Source of the DNA: Stegostoma tigrinum
Taxonomy: Eukaryota
Direction: 5' to 3'
NCBI RefSeq assembly: GCF_030684315.1
Contig: NC_081385.1
Location: 19,993,247 to 20,057,246 of the forward strand
DNA length: 64,000 nucleotides
Part shown: piece after piece, positions 24,526 to 37,605 of the stretch
Numbering within the stretch: the first letter of the stretch is position 1
Layout of the letters: each line of letters starts with the position of its first letter
Program-made: the position numbers and the translations under genes
The notes under the pieces: generated by a model
What the model saw: the letters and a program-made list of their open reading frames with translations, nothing else
What the model was told of the DNA's origin: nothing
Databases searched by the model: none

Positions 24526-25380
24526 TCTGGGTTTGAGGCACTCACTCCGGACTGGAACCTACTGCATTTAATCCTGACTGGAAGGCTGTCCTGTTAAAGA
24601 GTTTGCTCTGTTGGTTAGATATTAAATTGATTCTTGCACTTGTTCAAATGGACTTGATAGGTCCCAGAATTCAACAGCTACTAAACAACAATGGATAGAA
24701 AGAGCTAAAGCAGATGAGTAGCAAAAAAACCGAAATGGCACAACTGGCTTGAAAAGCTGAATAGACTCTTCTCATTTCAATGTTACTACTTTCCTTTCCT
24801 TCCACCCTACCAATCCTGTAACTTTGGTCTCTTCAGAATCCCCATTTTAATTTCTGTGGCATTGCAACCAATGTCTTCAGTCACCAAGGGCTGAGTTCTG
24901 GTTTCGTCTTCCTCACTCAATATCTGTTTCTTGTTTTAAGATGCTGTTTAGAATTCAGTTCTTAAACTAAGCTTTTGGCCATATTCCCTAAAATCGCGTT
25001 ATGTGACTCTCTCCAGTTTAATTTGATCTTGTTCGTGTGAATCTCCTTGAAATGTTTGTTTGTTAAAAGGTGCTGTACAAACCCAACTTGTTGTTGAAGA
25101 ACTTTAAAGACATGACAGAGTAAGGAAATTTTATTTCTTTAAATGAACATCAGCTGACAGAAATACTGTTGTTCACCTCTTTGTGCACATCAACCAGCAG
25201 AGTTCATCCCAAATCTGTCATCACTAAGTTTTTGTTGTGGATTATACCCTTGACTGGAAACTTGCCAGAGCAAACTTTAAGTTTGAAATTCACAATGCAA
25301 ATTGTTCCCTTTTAACATGGGACACTCTGAGTGTAATCTTTGTAGATTCTTACTTCAGGCACTGAGTTTGTATTTTTCAG

Positions 25381-25813
25381 GGAAAAATGGCCCGAGAAAG
25401 AAAAGAAACTGAGAGATTGCATCAAGCAAATTTTGAAGTGTGATGTTCATCAAAATAACCCTCTGCATCCAGTGGAATTAGAGCCCGTTGACTGTCTGAT
25501 GACTTCCTTGTGTCTGGAAGCTGCCTGTAAAGATGAAGCAGCTTACTGCTCTGCAGTTAGAAATGTAACCTCTCTGTTAAAACCTGGTGGGAAGCTCATT
25601 GTGGTCTCTGTTTTGAACGAGACCTTTTATACAGTGGATAAGTACAAGTTCTCATGTCTGAAATTTGATCAGGCCTTTTTGGAAAAAACTTTGAAGGAGG
25701 CGGGTTATGAAATAGAACAAGTTGAAATGTTTATTGCTCCCAAAACTATAAATACTATATCAGACTATGAGGCAGCAATCTTCTTGGTTGCTCGCAAGAG
25801 TGTTTTGTCCTGA
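25381..25813 (+). CDS. NNMT: Methyltransferase B exon 3 (EKWPEKEKKLR...KCDV...SLCLEAAC...LLKPGG...FLVARKSVLS*)
   Basis: tttttcag| acceptor; 433 nt. CDS 154+205+433 = 792 nt (263 aa). ATTAAA signals near 25871 and 25884. Confidence 0.95.
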
Positions 25814-27607
25814 ATCAATAATGCAACTGTTGTAGATTTATTCTGTTGAGCTCTGACCAAAGTTTCAACAATTAAAATACATTATTAAAACAAATCAAAA
25901 TACTTACTTATTATTGAGTTTATTTATCTTAGCTGCTTTACTCACCCTTAAGAAACATAGTGTGCCCAGTTTTCTGAGGATTGATAATCTTACACTGGTT
26001 ACCACCCCACCCCTTCAAATAAAAGAACGTGTTCCATACTTCTGATTGGTGTTTCTGTTCAAGAGTCCCTCAGAAATACAGACCAGTGTTTGCATTCAAA
26101 TTTTTCTTTTGCAGTGTAGAACTGTCAAAGGAACATAAACTATATTCCCTTTTCACAATGGTAAGCTGCCATATTCTGTAAGTGTTTTGATTATGTTGCC
26201 ATTCCTCATTACAGTGATTATATGTAACATTAGCACTTGTCACATCCCTTCTGACTGTTCTACCCCTCCCTAGACATTTGCCAGTTGCATCGTAATGAGT
26301 GGTGCTATTTGGTACCTTATGAAGCTACAATTGTGTTCCCAAGGTCATAAAGATTATGTAATGATTTGTGATTGTCCCCTTGCAAAGTTGTCTGTTTTGC
26401 TGTGCCCTTTCATCAGGTTATCTGTTTGTACTCTTCATTATATGACATTCAGTCCTTGCTATTTATACTATTCATCCTTTATCCCCAATCCTGATTGGAT
26501 AGGGTCTTTTCTTTACAATATACAACTATGTGTCTAAAGGAATTCAGCTAAATTCCTTAACATTAGTTTTAGTTGTACTTATAACTTCAGTATACCTACA
26601 TGTGATGGTAATTTCTTGAAGAGTTACTAATTATGGTGGGATCAGGCTTTCCCTTTTACACTTTACAAAATAACGAGACTTCACTTTCCCACGTAGGAGA
26701 ATGAAGTGTCTCAGAGAAATCTATCTGGTTGTCATGAGTATGAAGGCCATGATTCTGTCTATGAAAACTGCTGCCTCAACTAGTAATTCTCTTCAGCCAT
26801 GGGCAACTCCAGCAATCCCCCATTTAGGCACTTGGCCTAAATGTCAAACTGGCTGACATTTTATGGTACTGACCTAGACAATAATGCCTGTTTTCCCAAC
26901 CTTTGCCACCTACATTTCCACTTTATTTCATTATCCATTGTTATGTTCAATTAACCCTTAAAGGTATGTTTCGAAGATGTTATTTTTGAAGCACATACCT
27001 GTTGTTCAATAGTTGCAAGATGATTAAAGATATGACAAGTTTTAAGATCTGCTCGTGCTTAACTGGCAACAGATTATGTATTTACTTTCTTGTACCAGAT
27101 CTGAAGCTGGTCCCACTGTTGGCAGTAGTCTGTCCATCACTTGGCCCATGAAGATGGTCTGCTAATATTGCTTTGCTAAGACACAGGACATTTATCCCAT
27201 AGTCCCCACCATGGTGGCCTGAGTCCCATTTCCAGATGCTGCCTCACAGCACACTCAACATGGAATCACACTTCCCACATCTCATTCACCTCATCCCAAA
27301 ACAGTGACCTGCAGTTCACACTCTCTCATTCACCAGTACAGCACTAGGCCTTAGGCTCAATGAAAGCCTCAAGTTGTGTTGCTCCTGCAATCACAGACAG
27401 CTCCTCTTGTTCATTTACTGCTGATGGGTTCACTTGTGAGCGGCTCTTTTCAAAATCTTCTCATTACACTTCCCTGTATTTTGAACAAAGGCTCTTCTGG
27501 CAACGAAGTACCCAACAGCAGAACCCACCTTGATGAGCCTGATTAACCAATTCCCTTTGAATCCTAATAATTTAGTGGTTTCTCTCTTGAGCTTTCTATG
27601 CTGCAGC

Positions 27608-27979
27608 AAAGGTAATCTCAACCTTTTCTTGGACCACAGATTACTTGATCTGCATCAACTTAATTTGTCTGTGGCAAGAATAACATTGCTGTATTAGAGA
27701 TTGGCATTATATAGGATACAAGTGAGATCTATGTGTTTTCTAGATGCCCAACAAATGATCGGCATAGTTGGTAGCCATTTTGAAATTTTGAGATGTACTA
27801 CCATAGAAATAGAACATAAATTTCAGAAACTGCAGTGAGTCTAAAATGACACTGAACAAAATGGCCGTGCCCAAATGCAATGCCAATCTCCAATACAACA
27901 ATGTTATGCTTGCCACAGAAGGAATTAGTTTGATGTATGAACGTAACCTGTGGTCCAAGAAAAGTTTCAGACTACCTTT
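27608..27979. repeat. Fold-back element: ~100-bp imperfect inverted arms (27608-27708, 27879-27979) around a ~170-bp spacer
   Basis: Left 'cttttcttggaccacag..tac...ctgtggcaagaataacattgctgtattagagattggcatt' is the reverse complement, with mismatches, of right 'aatgccaatctccaatacaacaatgttatgcttgccacag...ctgtggtccaagaaaag'. Confidence 0.85.
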
Positions 27980-28076
27980 TCTTTTACTTTCTTAATCCAG
28001 AATTGCCATGTTTCTATGTCCATCTCAGTAAAACCACACTTTTTGTTCTTAATTAAGCATTGCTTCTTTGTTGCCT

Positions 28077-28731
28077 TCACGAGTGTTCTCTCTTTATTTT
28101 TGTATATTATGGACCACATCCCCTCAAAATAGTTTAAAAAGCTAACTTTTTCTTATTTTAAAGGTAGTTGTGAAGTGGATGTTCCAGATGCAATGTGACT
28201 GGTCAAACTACTCAATGTTAAGGAAAATACAATTTATTTAGACACTATAGTTAACTACAAACAAAAGAAAGAGGAATTTAGAATAACTTGACTATTGAAA
28301 AACTTAGCCTCATCACAGATACAGTACCTACTACTAATTAACTGTTCCAATATAGTAGCATCCCAAAAGCACACCCTTTGGCAAAAAGGAAAGCTCAGAC
28401 ACAGATTCTCACATGCAGTTCTGCAATCCAAGAGGAGGAAACATCAAGAGAAATTTTAGAGATTGTAGCAGCCAAGAGACATTCACTGAAGCTTACAACT
28501 CTTTTGAGACTCCAAATGCTTCTGGTGTTAATGAACAAAAAACAAAACTCAGAGATCTGGATCTGTGAGAGCTGGCCACACCCATTAAGGCTGTAAAGAA
28601 AAAAAACCCAAGGCCTCACAAGTTGTTTACACAAGTTGTCTTCAGTATACAGTTCAACACTATCTGCCTTACAATCTCTCTTCAAAAAAACCCACGACAA
28701 AATAATCTTTTAAAGTTACAGCATCATCACA
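28077..28731 (-). mobile_element. Probable solo LTR
   Basis: Minus strand begins TGTGATGATGCTGTAACTTTAAAAG, has an internal AATAAA near 28233 and is non-coding; family not identified. Confidence 0.45.
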
Positions 28732-28901
28732 GTCACTTCTGTCTTCTGTGCTCATATTTCCCAAGACGTTTTACTCTTCATCCATGGTTTTCACATCTAA
28801 TATTGCAGTTCAGTCTGTCTCCTAAGCTCAGACTAATCCTCACGATATTTTTTGTATTTTTTCAGTATTTGGAATAATTGAATTCCAATTTGGATGTCCC
28901 A

Positions 28902-29241
28902 GTGGCTCAGTGGTTAACATCGGCTGCCTCATACGCAGCTACACAGGTTTGATTCTAATCTCAGGTGATTGTCTTGTGGAGTTTGCACATTGTTCCTGTG
29001 TCTGCATGGGTTTCCTCCAGGTGCTTTGGGTTCCTCCCACAGTCCAAAAGTGTGCAGGCTAGGTGGATTGGCCATGCTAAATTGCCCATAGTGTCCTGGG
29101 ATATGCAGGCTAGCTGGATTAGCCATTGGAAATACCAGGTTACAGGGATAGCGTAGGGGAGTGAGACTGGTGTTGGATGCTCTTTGGAGCGTCAGTGTGG
29201 AATCAATAGGCCAAATGGTCTGCTCCTAAACTGTAGGGATT
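28902..29241 (+). mobile_element. HE1-like SINE
   Basis: Same head, core and tail as the SINE at 2351. Confidence 0.85.
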
Positions 29242-29989
29242 AAACAACTCTCTAATAATTATTACTTGGATATATAGAGTTTGAATTTTGCAGAAAAGAG
29301 AGAATGTTGCTGAAATATTTTATCCGGGATATATCAGAATAAACACAAGAATGGAAAATTTGAAGCAAACATGACAATTTGTTCCACAGGAGAAAACGGG
29401 GTGCTGATTGGTTGTCAAGTAAACTCTGCTTGAACAAGGCAATGTGCTAGAGAAAACAAAGGGGAACTATTGGCTCCCCATGTTTTTGGGTAAGTCAAGC
29501 ATTTTAGGCAGTTCATTTATACTTGCTTAAAGTGACATTCACTCAGACCCTGGCAGCAGTTCTCTGCCAACTAACAGAACACGTTCAAGCCTTGTGCCAG
29601 TCTTTAACTATCTGGAATCACTGTTCTTTTCAGCAATAATTCTATCAATTATTTTGCTGCAAGAATGGCATATCAGTGGAGTTGATAATCATGATGTATC
29701 CTACATCTTCTCTGCAGGATCATTATTTCCAGTCTGGCTGGGGCAAGTACAAACTGACGATTGTGTTGCTCTACAAAACAACAGCTTGTGCACCAAGTAA
29801 ATTTCTGCTCCTCCTAATGGTGAAGATGAGGAACAGCATGAAAGGCCATGATTCTGACATAATTTAGTGAATATCAAAACAAATATTTAATTTAAGTAGT
29901 TTTTATTTCAGTTTATGAATGTGTAAGCTCTTCTTCCTTGGACAACACTATACAGACACTGATCGCATTTGAATAACAATTTTTCTCCA

Positions 29990-30380
29990 TGGCTATAAAG
30001 TAAAGAGGAGATTGGATAGAGCTACTTAAATACATGCAGGAACTAGACAAAGTAAGTTATGAAGAAACAGTTCCCTTTGGAAGAAGAATTGAGAATTTGA
30101 GGACACAAATTTTAAGGTGACTAGCAATGGAAGTAATAATGACATGAGGAATTAAGTAATTTTACACAGGGAATGGTTAACATCTGTAATGCATTGTCTG
30201 AGTGTCGTGGAGGCAGATTGAATTAAGGCCTTCAAAAGTGAATTGGGTCACTTTCTGAAAAGAAAAAGATGGCAGAATTATGGGGTATAATTGGTTAACT
30301 TGCCCTTTCAGAGACCCAGTATAACACAGGATACACCAAGTCGAACAGCCCATTCTGTGCTGTAAACGTTCTATCAATCT
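29990..30380 (+). mobile_element. Decayed CR1 3' fragment
   Basis: 'agaggagattggatagag...ttttacacagggaatggtt..catctgtaatgcattgtctg' resembles the RGDLIE and FTQRVV..WN.LP regions. Confidence 0.6.
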
Positions 30381-31002
30381 CTGGGATAAGTGAGGCATTA
30401 ATACTTTCCTTGTCAGACTTTGTTGTAACAGCCGGTATTTATTGTGTAATGTCACGGCCAGAGAAAAGTTTACATTGTTGACACGGATTCTTATGGGTCA
30501 TCCCTTAATGTTTATTATTTACTGCAAAGAAAAGCAATTGAACTTTAATCACATCATTTTTGATTGATGATTACTCATAGCTTCTTTCTTGGGGTAAAGC
30601 AATACCATGAAGAAATATTTTTGCCTAACTCTGTAACTTGGTAGCATAGAGAGCCTCTCTTTTACATTCAAGTGATCCAATCGGATCATTTGAGCTTTAA
30701 TTCTAGGTATTTAATTTGGCATACAATTTTTCCATTGCCAATAAGATGCTTCATTTATAAGTTTCAGTGAAGGTTTCATTCTCGAGGAGAATTGACTCTT
30801 TCCCTGGGTTTGAAACAACCTGGCCACTTCTGAAATGATGACGAAAATCATGACCTTAATGGAACAACATCAACAATAAATACAACACTTTAAGAAAACA
30901 GCTCATTCTGTGTTTAAAATAAATGTGCAGATTTTCCCTTTACAGCTTCTCTTGCAAAATCTGTGAAATCCAAACGTGCATAGGCTGTTGGATTCCATTC
31001 GT

Positions 31003-31223
31003 TTAAGTTGAGAGAGTCCATTCTCGAAGAGTCCAAGTAAGGGCAGGGATGCTTCCCACTAATATCCAGCTATGTCTGGAGTAGTCAGCAGAGCTATCAA
31101 TATTACAAAAGTCGGTGGAGCAGCAAAAAATTTTTCTACCTCCAATGATTATACCAGTGGCATCAGCTGTACACTCCGAATGATATGAACATTTCTTGGT
31201 GACCCTTACAATGCCAAGTCCAG
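31003..31223 (-). CDS. Ly6/uPAR (three-finger) protein, last exon (AGLGIVRVTKKCSYHSECTADATGIIIGGRKIFCCSTDFCNIDSSADYSRHSWILVGSIPALTWTLREWTLST*)
   Basis: ttctgttacag| acceptor, phase 1, 221 nt to TAA. Contains K.C, C and the diagnostic CCxxDxCN, then a moderately hydrophobic tail. Confidence 0.88.
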
Positions 31224-31783
31224 CTGTAACAGAATAGATAGATTAGGTTACCTTATCATAGGTTGGTCGACCATAATATTTTAAATACAATCAGCATTAA
31301 TCATTAAAGCTATTACTTGTTTAAATTGGATTCATCAGAATCTTTCCCATTTCAGTGGACAGGTGACTTTGTGATGCGGTGGGTATCTCTACATCAGTGG
31401 TCCAGGTTCAAGACCCAGTCCTGGACCTGATGGCTATGAAAGGATCCATAATGGGTCCAAACAGGTAGATCATCAAACTGGGAATCCTTCTTAAAGGCTT
31501 ATGGTAAGAGCAGAAGAGTTTCCTGGTCAGACATGCAAATTGTGGAGTTTCTTCCTTCAAACCACAGTCTCTGAGGGCTGAGGAACAAAGAGTTAACTAT
31601 ACCTTTACTCTAAGAAGAAGTACTGAACATGTGCATTCAGACCAAAATTGTCATGACTTTAAATCACATAGAACTGAAACTTATGTCAGTCAGGTTCCTG
31701 AAGATGTATTCTTTCACCATCCCTGATGCATAGTTATGTTCAATAAAACCTGTTAATATTTACTCACCCGAGTAACTGGAGTT

Positions 31784-32062
31784 GCACCATGGCTCAGTGG
31801 TTAGCACTGCTGCCTCACAGTGCCAGGAAACTGGTTTTGATCCAGCCTTGGATGACTAGCTGTGTGGAGTTTGCATATTCTCCCTATGTGTGCATGGGCT
31901 TTCTCTGGGTGCTTCAGTTTCCTCCCATAGTCCAAAGATGTACAATTTATGTGGATTAGCCACAGTAAATACTTTGGTTGAGTCTATGTGGAATGGTCTT
32001 TGGAATGCTGGTGTGGACTTGATGTGCCAAATGGCCTCTTTCCACACTGTAGGGATTCTGTG
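31784..32062 (+). mobile_element. HE1-like SINE
   Basis: 'ggctcagtggttagcactgctgcctcacagtgccagg...tgtgtggagtttgca...tccacactgtagggattctgtg'. Confidence 0.88.
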
Positions 32063-33002
32063 AGTGTGGACTTGATCTAACAACATGATACTTTGTGTGA
32101 TTTTTTAAATTAATATTCTTCCTTATAAAATGTGGATACCAATTTGGCTTTGAGCTTTCTTCATTTAGCAAATATGGAAGATGCTGAAGTTGACTCAAAG
32201 TGCATTGAGTCAGTCTAATTGCTAGGGCACTGCAAGACAGTACAGATCTTTTCCCTCATGATGAGACTCCATAAGTTGGCAATAAAGGTCACATAGTTGA
32301 AGTTTCAAGACTCTATGACTAGGACTAATACATTCTAGACCAGTGTTTGCTCTTTCAGGGACAGGTGACTCATGACGAAGATGCTGGTAATGCTGTTAAT
32401 TTAATGGAGCTGATGTACCAAACCTTTCCATACCCTTGGATTTGAACAGCTCAGTTTGATTCTGCTGAATCTTTTAATGAGGTAACTAGGAAAATAAAAT
32501 TATAGACTTATTCCATGGTCCTGACCAATGACAACAGCAACAGTATCAGCAATCCCTGTAACAAAGAAGGAAGCACTAGAGGGCAACAGAAAGAGACCGC
32601 CTTCCTGAAGTCTCAGCTGTACCTGCAAAGCTCTTCAGAAAAGAGTTGGACCTTGGCAAAGTTGCAGGCAAAAGTAAAGGATCTGCCAATGTTGCAGCTT
32701 GAGAGCAACTGATGTGCACGAATGGTTTATAGCCGAACAATTGAAGGACCAGCAGATCAAGAAGAGCTGAAACTACAAATGAACATAGGTGAAGCTTGAA
32801 TATCATCTTCATCTGACAGAATCAGTATTTCTGATTTGGCTTGGACCTTGAAGTTAGAAATGGATACTTGATCGTGAGGTCTCAATGTTTCAACTAGACA
32901 CATGGACATCAAAGCTTCAGGAAGGGAGCATGATGTTGACCCTTCTCAACTATCATCAGCTGTACATAGCAGATCTTTACAATCATCAACGTGCATTTGA
33001 TA

Positions 33003-33228
33003 CAACAATGTGGAATTGGATGAACACAGCAGGCCAGGCAGCATCAGAGGAGCAGGAAAGCTGATGTTTTGGGTTGGGACCCTTCTTCAGAAATGGGGGA
33101 GCAGGGAGGGAGGTCAGAAATAAATAGAGAGAGGAGGGGTGGGATGGTGATAGGCGAATGCAGGTAGCCAGTGGCGGGGATTGGTCAGTGAGGTGAGAGG
33201 AGCAGATAGGTGGGAGAGAAGGCGGACT
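33003..33228 (-). mobile_element. PLE terminal fragment with apparent target-site duplication
   Basis: PLE-type motif flanked by tgcatttgatac and tgcacttgatac. Confidence 0.7.
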
Positions 33229-35539
33229 GAATGCACTTGATACATTCAGGGAAAAAGGTAAAGCCTCAAGAACAGTCTGTCAAGAGTTGGTTTCAATGAT
33301 CCTCAAGCAGGAACTAAAAAGCTACCCAGAGAAAAGACATCTAATTTTAAAGATGAGCAAATATCAGGACAATAATCAACATTTAGAACCGATTGACCTG
33401 CGTAAATGGCAGCCGGGCTGTGAATACTATCAGAATGCCGTAGACACACTTGATGCTTTTAACAGGTAGAGGTTCAAATTCTAAAGCTTTTACAGCTGGA
33501 GATGGCTAACCAAGAGTAATTGAGATGCAGCTATCGTAAAGAGACTACTGAACTAAAAGCTGAGATATTTGCCATCACACAACAAAAATCAAGCCATGGA
33601 GCCTGACAAAGAAAATATTACAGTAAATTTCCATCAGCCTTTGTGCAGAGCAAGTCATTATTCTCATGCAATTGGTTCAACAGACAGATGCAAAGATTCT
33701 TTTCGACTGAATTATTCAGAGTTTCAAGATCTCTGTGAATTATTTAAGAAAAACAATCTTCAATCAACGAATAATAACTTTACAGACTTGCAGAAGTGAG
33801 ACCATTGTTGGCATTTACAGAAGTCAGTCACGGGGATTCCAGTCCTTGTTTATGAAAGTATACAGCTACAGAATGCTAATGACCTTCTGAAAAAGGAATT
33901 GGAACCAATGGCAAAGGACACATAGACCTTAAATCTTCTTCTGGTCAGTCCAACTATTTGGATGACGAGTAGCCAAGAACGTCTTGACAGCCTATGATTA
34001 TTTGATTTTTCTGCCTAGTTTGTAGACCAGAGTGTTACACAAAAACTTCCAATTTACCTTGTTCTAGAAGTTAGTTTTGTTGTTAATATCGCTGCATTCC
34101 ACTTCCAGAAGGATTTCCTAAGATGTTCTTGTCTACAGAGGAGCAGTCTCGTGCTAACATAAATGTGTCCCTTCCTCAGAGAGTCTCACAAGTGCTTGTG
34201 AGAGGGCTAATTTCAGTTCGTCATCTTCCCCGTCGAAGGGTTCTGATAGTTTGAGTGCCTGAGGCTTCCCTGTATCATCACTGATCTTCACTGCTATTTA
34301 GGTCAGAACCAGCTGTTCTAAGGAGTTGCTGGTCCTTCCCAGACAATGTTGAGGGTGCATATACTTCCTACAACTCTGCCAAGACAGCAAAGAACATTGT
34401 TGAAGACTAGTACCTCAAGTGGAAGAGACTTGTTGGGGTGGTGGGTATGGTGGAGAAAGAGTGAGATTCAAGACTTAAATGTTAATGTTAAGTGTTATTG
34501 GTTAAAAAGAACACTGTGGAAGAACGTAAGGGTGGATGTGGATTAAAGGGTTAGATATACTGTTACTCAACTCAGCATTTGCAGAAGGAGCTATGCCACA
34601 GCAATATCATATCTCATGAAATTTGAGCCTGATTCTGTATAATTGCAAATAAGACTATCACCCTTGCCATCCCTTATATGTGATTACCTCAGTAAATCCT
34701 GTTAATGTTCATTTGCCTGAGTTGAGACTTGATCTTACTACAATGACAGGCTAGCAACTTGTTCCATGAAATCTGTAGCAATTGAAACAGACATGAGTAT
34801 GTAGTTCTTTGGCTGCAAATGCCACTCAGTGTTAAATGGAGGATATAAGGTGAGTTTCTTTCTTTTCTTCTTCTCCTTCCCTCCTCTAACTCCTGTTGGG
34901 GTTTTCCCAGTTCCATTTACTGTCCTCTAGTGGACTCTGTTAATTGTTATTCACGGAATTGTACAGCACAGAAGAAAGATATTTGAAAGATATTTTTTAT
35001 GTTTCGCGGCGCTTTGAAAAAGCTATTAAATTAATGCCAATCACCTGCTTTCCTTGCTTAGTGCTGTAAATACTCTCACCTTATTCTTCGTCATTTAAGG
35101 AAGATGACCCTTGCTTCACTGCATGTGTGATCCAGTTTAGGGATTGTCAACAAGCTAATCAACCGAGGGAGGGAGAAAATCCCCGAATGAAGCTCAATCT
35201 TTTCTTTAACAAATAAAAACGATGGTTGTTATTTCCCTCCCTCACTCAATGCTGTTGATGTCAATCGTGCCACTACCAGAATCACCCTTGGTTGATGTGT
35301 ATTTTTCTGATATTCATCAGCTCATTTTACCTTGGTCTGCTGTTTGAGAGAATTGGTGTCTGCACATGATTGTGAAAAACAGTCGCAAACCAGGGAAAAA
35401 CTCTACTGAGGCATTAGCTGTGAGAAAATAGTCTAAATTAATTATTGGGTCACCTACAAGCTTACTGCTACATCCTTAGAAATCTCTGGCTGCAAAGCAA
35501 TGAACATCTTTACTTATAGAAATTAAGTGGTAATTGATT

Positions 35540-35895
35540 TCAGGTCAAAATGGCAGTGTATTACAATCTCAAGGTTCTGGATTCAAGTCCCAGCCCAGAT
35601 GCTGAATATAAAAATCGAGGTTAAAACTTACAGAGCAGTGCAGCCCTAAGGGAACAGTGCTATATCAGAGATGCTAACTTTCATTAGAGACATTAAACCA
35701 ATCTACCTACCTGGGTGGATGCAAAAGACTTCTTCGTACGTTCAAAGAAGAACAGAGGAGATACCCTGGCAATCTGCCCAATAATTATCCTTCAATCAAC
35801 ATCAGCCAAAGAAAATGTGGTCATTAATATATTTCTATGTGTGGGGCTTCCTGAATACAAATTAGCTGCATCATTTCTTATATTGCAACTCTGAC
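35540..35895 (+). mobile_element. Ancient Deu-domain SINE (AmnSINE1/SacSINE1-like)
   Basis: 'gagacattaaacc...ggtggatgcaaaaga...aagaagaacagaggag..ccctggcaat...ttatccttcaatcaacatca...tgtgggg...acaaattagctgc'. Confidence 0.6.
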
Positions 35896-37158
35896 GTCAG
35901 GCCTTGTTCAGGTATGCCAGCTTATAAATTTATAGTCAATGATTCTTGAAATAAGACACAAAAGTGCTGTTGAGATGTCTGGAGAGAATCATGGGGACAA
36001 AAGGTATCAAATCTGTACTGAGTATCTAATTATATATGAATGTAAGTAAAGGAACTTCACAAACATCTGAGGAATTCACATACCTCATTGTTCAAGAATG
36101 GACCAACATCTAACAAATGTGGAGATTCTGGAATAATAACTTTGGTGTTTCACAATGGACAAAAAGCCAAGACATTAAGCACTATCAACACTCCATTGTA
36201 CTGTGATGGTTTCTCCAACACAATCTAAGCCAGATGTTCCTCAAAGGTGTTAACTTAGCATTCATAGGATTGGCCTTGGGGACTGTTATCTTATCATTCC
36301 AGGATCTAGCCAATTCACCAGCATCATCAGCCATCAAGCAGTCTACAGATCAAACTTGAAAATAAGTTAAAGTCATCAAGCAGCTCAAATATTTCACTTG
36401 TTGCAGTTTCAAGTTCACCTGGGAGTCAACTGCCTAGGTGTCTGATTACAAGAAATCTCACCATTTGTTGTGCACCCTTTGCTTTATAAAGATCCTTACA
36501 TCAATTTTAAATCATCATTGAAGAAACCACAGGCCTGCGACATGGGAAACTTGAAATTGTAATTCGAGTTCAAATTAACTATAACCTATAAAAATGCATT
36601 ATCTTCATCAGTATTCAATCTTCCTATTTGTATATAAGACTAACTGTGTGGTTTTACATGAATTTAGGGTAGGTATGTGAGAATACGCAACCTTATTTTA
36701 AACTCTCAAAGGCTGATGTTGAATGATTAGTTGGAATATATATTCAAGGATGATAAGAATAGATATATTTCCTCACACACAGTCACTAAAAGAGCACATA
36801 CAGTCTGTCTGTAATAGTTGCTACACATCAGGAGTACTTCATTAGCTTAAAAATGCTTTTGAACATCCTGTTATCATGAGCAGCACGATACTGATGTAGG
36901 ACTTCATTTTCCTTTCTTTGCTTTTCAAGACTTCTGGTAATTTGAATTGTGCCATCTGAAATTCAATAGATATTTTCTGGAACTTTTAATATGGATATGC
37001 ATTATTGGTGCATCCTTTCTCATTCTATAACAAATACATGATAGGCGTTAGAAAAGAAGAAGTAGTCAGAATGATCCCCAAGACAAGAAATTATTGGGAT
37101 ATAGCTGTCTTTCTCATGCCTTTTATGTGAAATATTTTCAAAAGTGAAACAGACTCAC

Positions 37159-37287
37159 CCTGGCTAAATCCTATTGTTTTCACAGAGGTAAGGCACATTG
37201 TTTTGTTAGATGGACATAACTGGTACCGTGAATTGCATTCCTCTATTAATCTGGTGTCGATACATTGGTAGCAGCTCAAGGTTTCAG
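37159..37287 (-). CDS. Ly6/uPAR protein, first LU-domain exon (ETLSCYQCIDTRLIEECNSRYQLCPSNKTMCLTSVKTIGFSQ)
   Basis: ttacag| acceptor and G|gtgagt donor; 129 nt, phase 1-1. L.CY.C start with five Cys; NKT sequon. Confidence 0.9.
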
Positions 37288-37472
37288 CTGTAATATTAAT
37301 CAAGGGTTATACAAGTTATGATGTCTTGGTATTACGTCGTGAACAAACTACAGAACATAGTTGCACGAGGTAATTTGCAAACCAAATCTATTAATATGTA
37401 TCTACACAGTAAAATTACAGTTTTACCAGATTCATGCAGCAACAATAGCATGTAAGTAATTGGTGAATTTAT

Positions 37473-37605
37473 NNNNNNNNNNNNNNNNNNNNNNNNNNNN
37501 NNNNNNNNNNNNNNNNNNNNNNNNNNNNNNNNNNNNNNNNNNNNNNNNNNNNNNNNNNNNNNNNNNNNNNNNNNNNNNNNNNNNNNNNNNNNNNNNNNNN
37601 NNNNN
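37473..37605. other. Assembly gap (133 N)
   Basis: Run of N. Confidence 1.

Noticed and set aside
32508-32612. Minus-strand frame SFCCPLVLPSLLQGLLILLLLSLVRTME* as the GPI-signal exon of the Ly6 gene
   Set aside because: Lacks CCxxDxCN and has a stop just upstream; the exon at 31003-31223 completes the domain properly.
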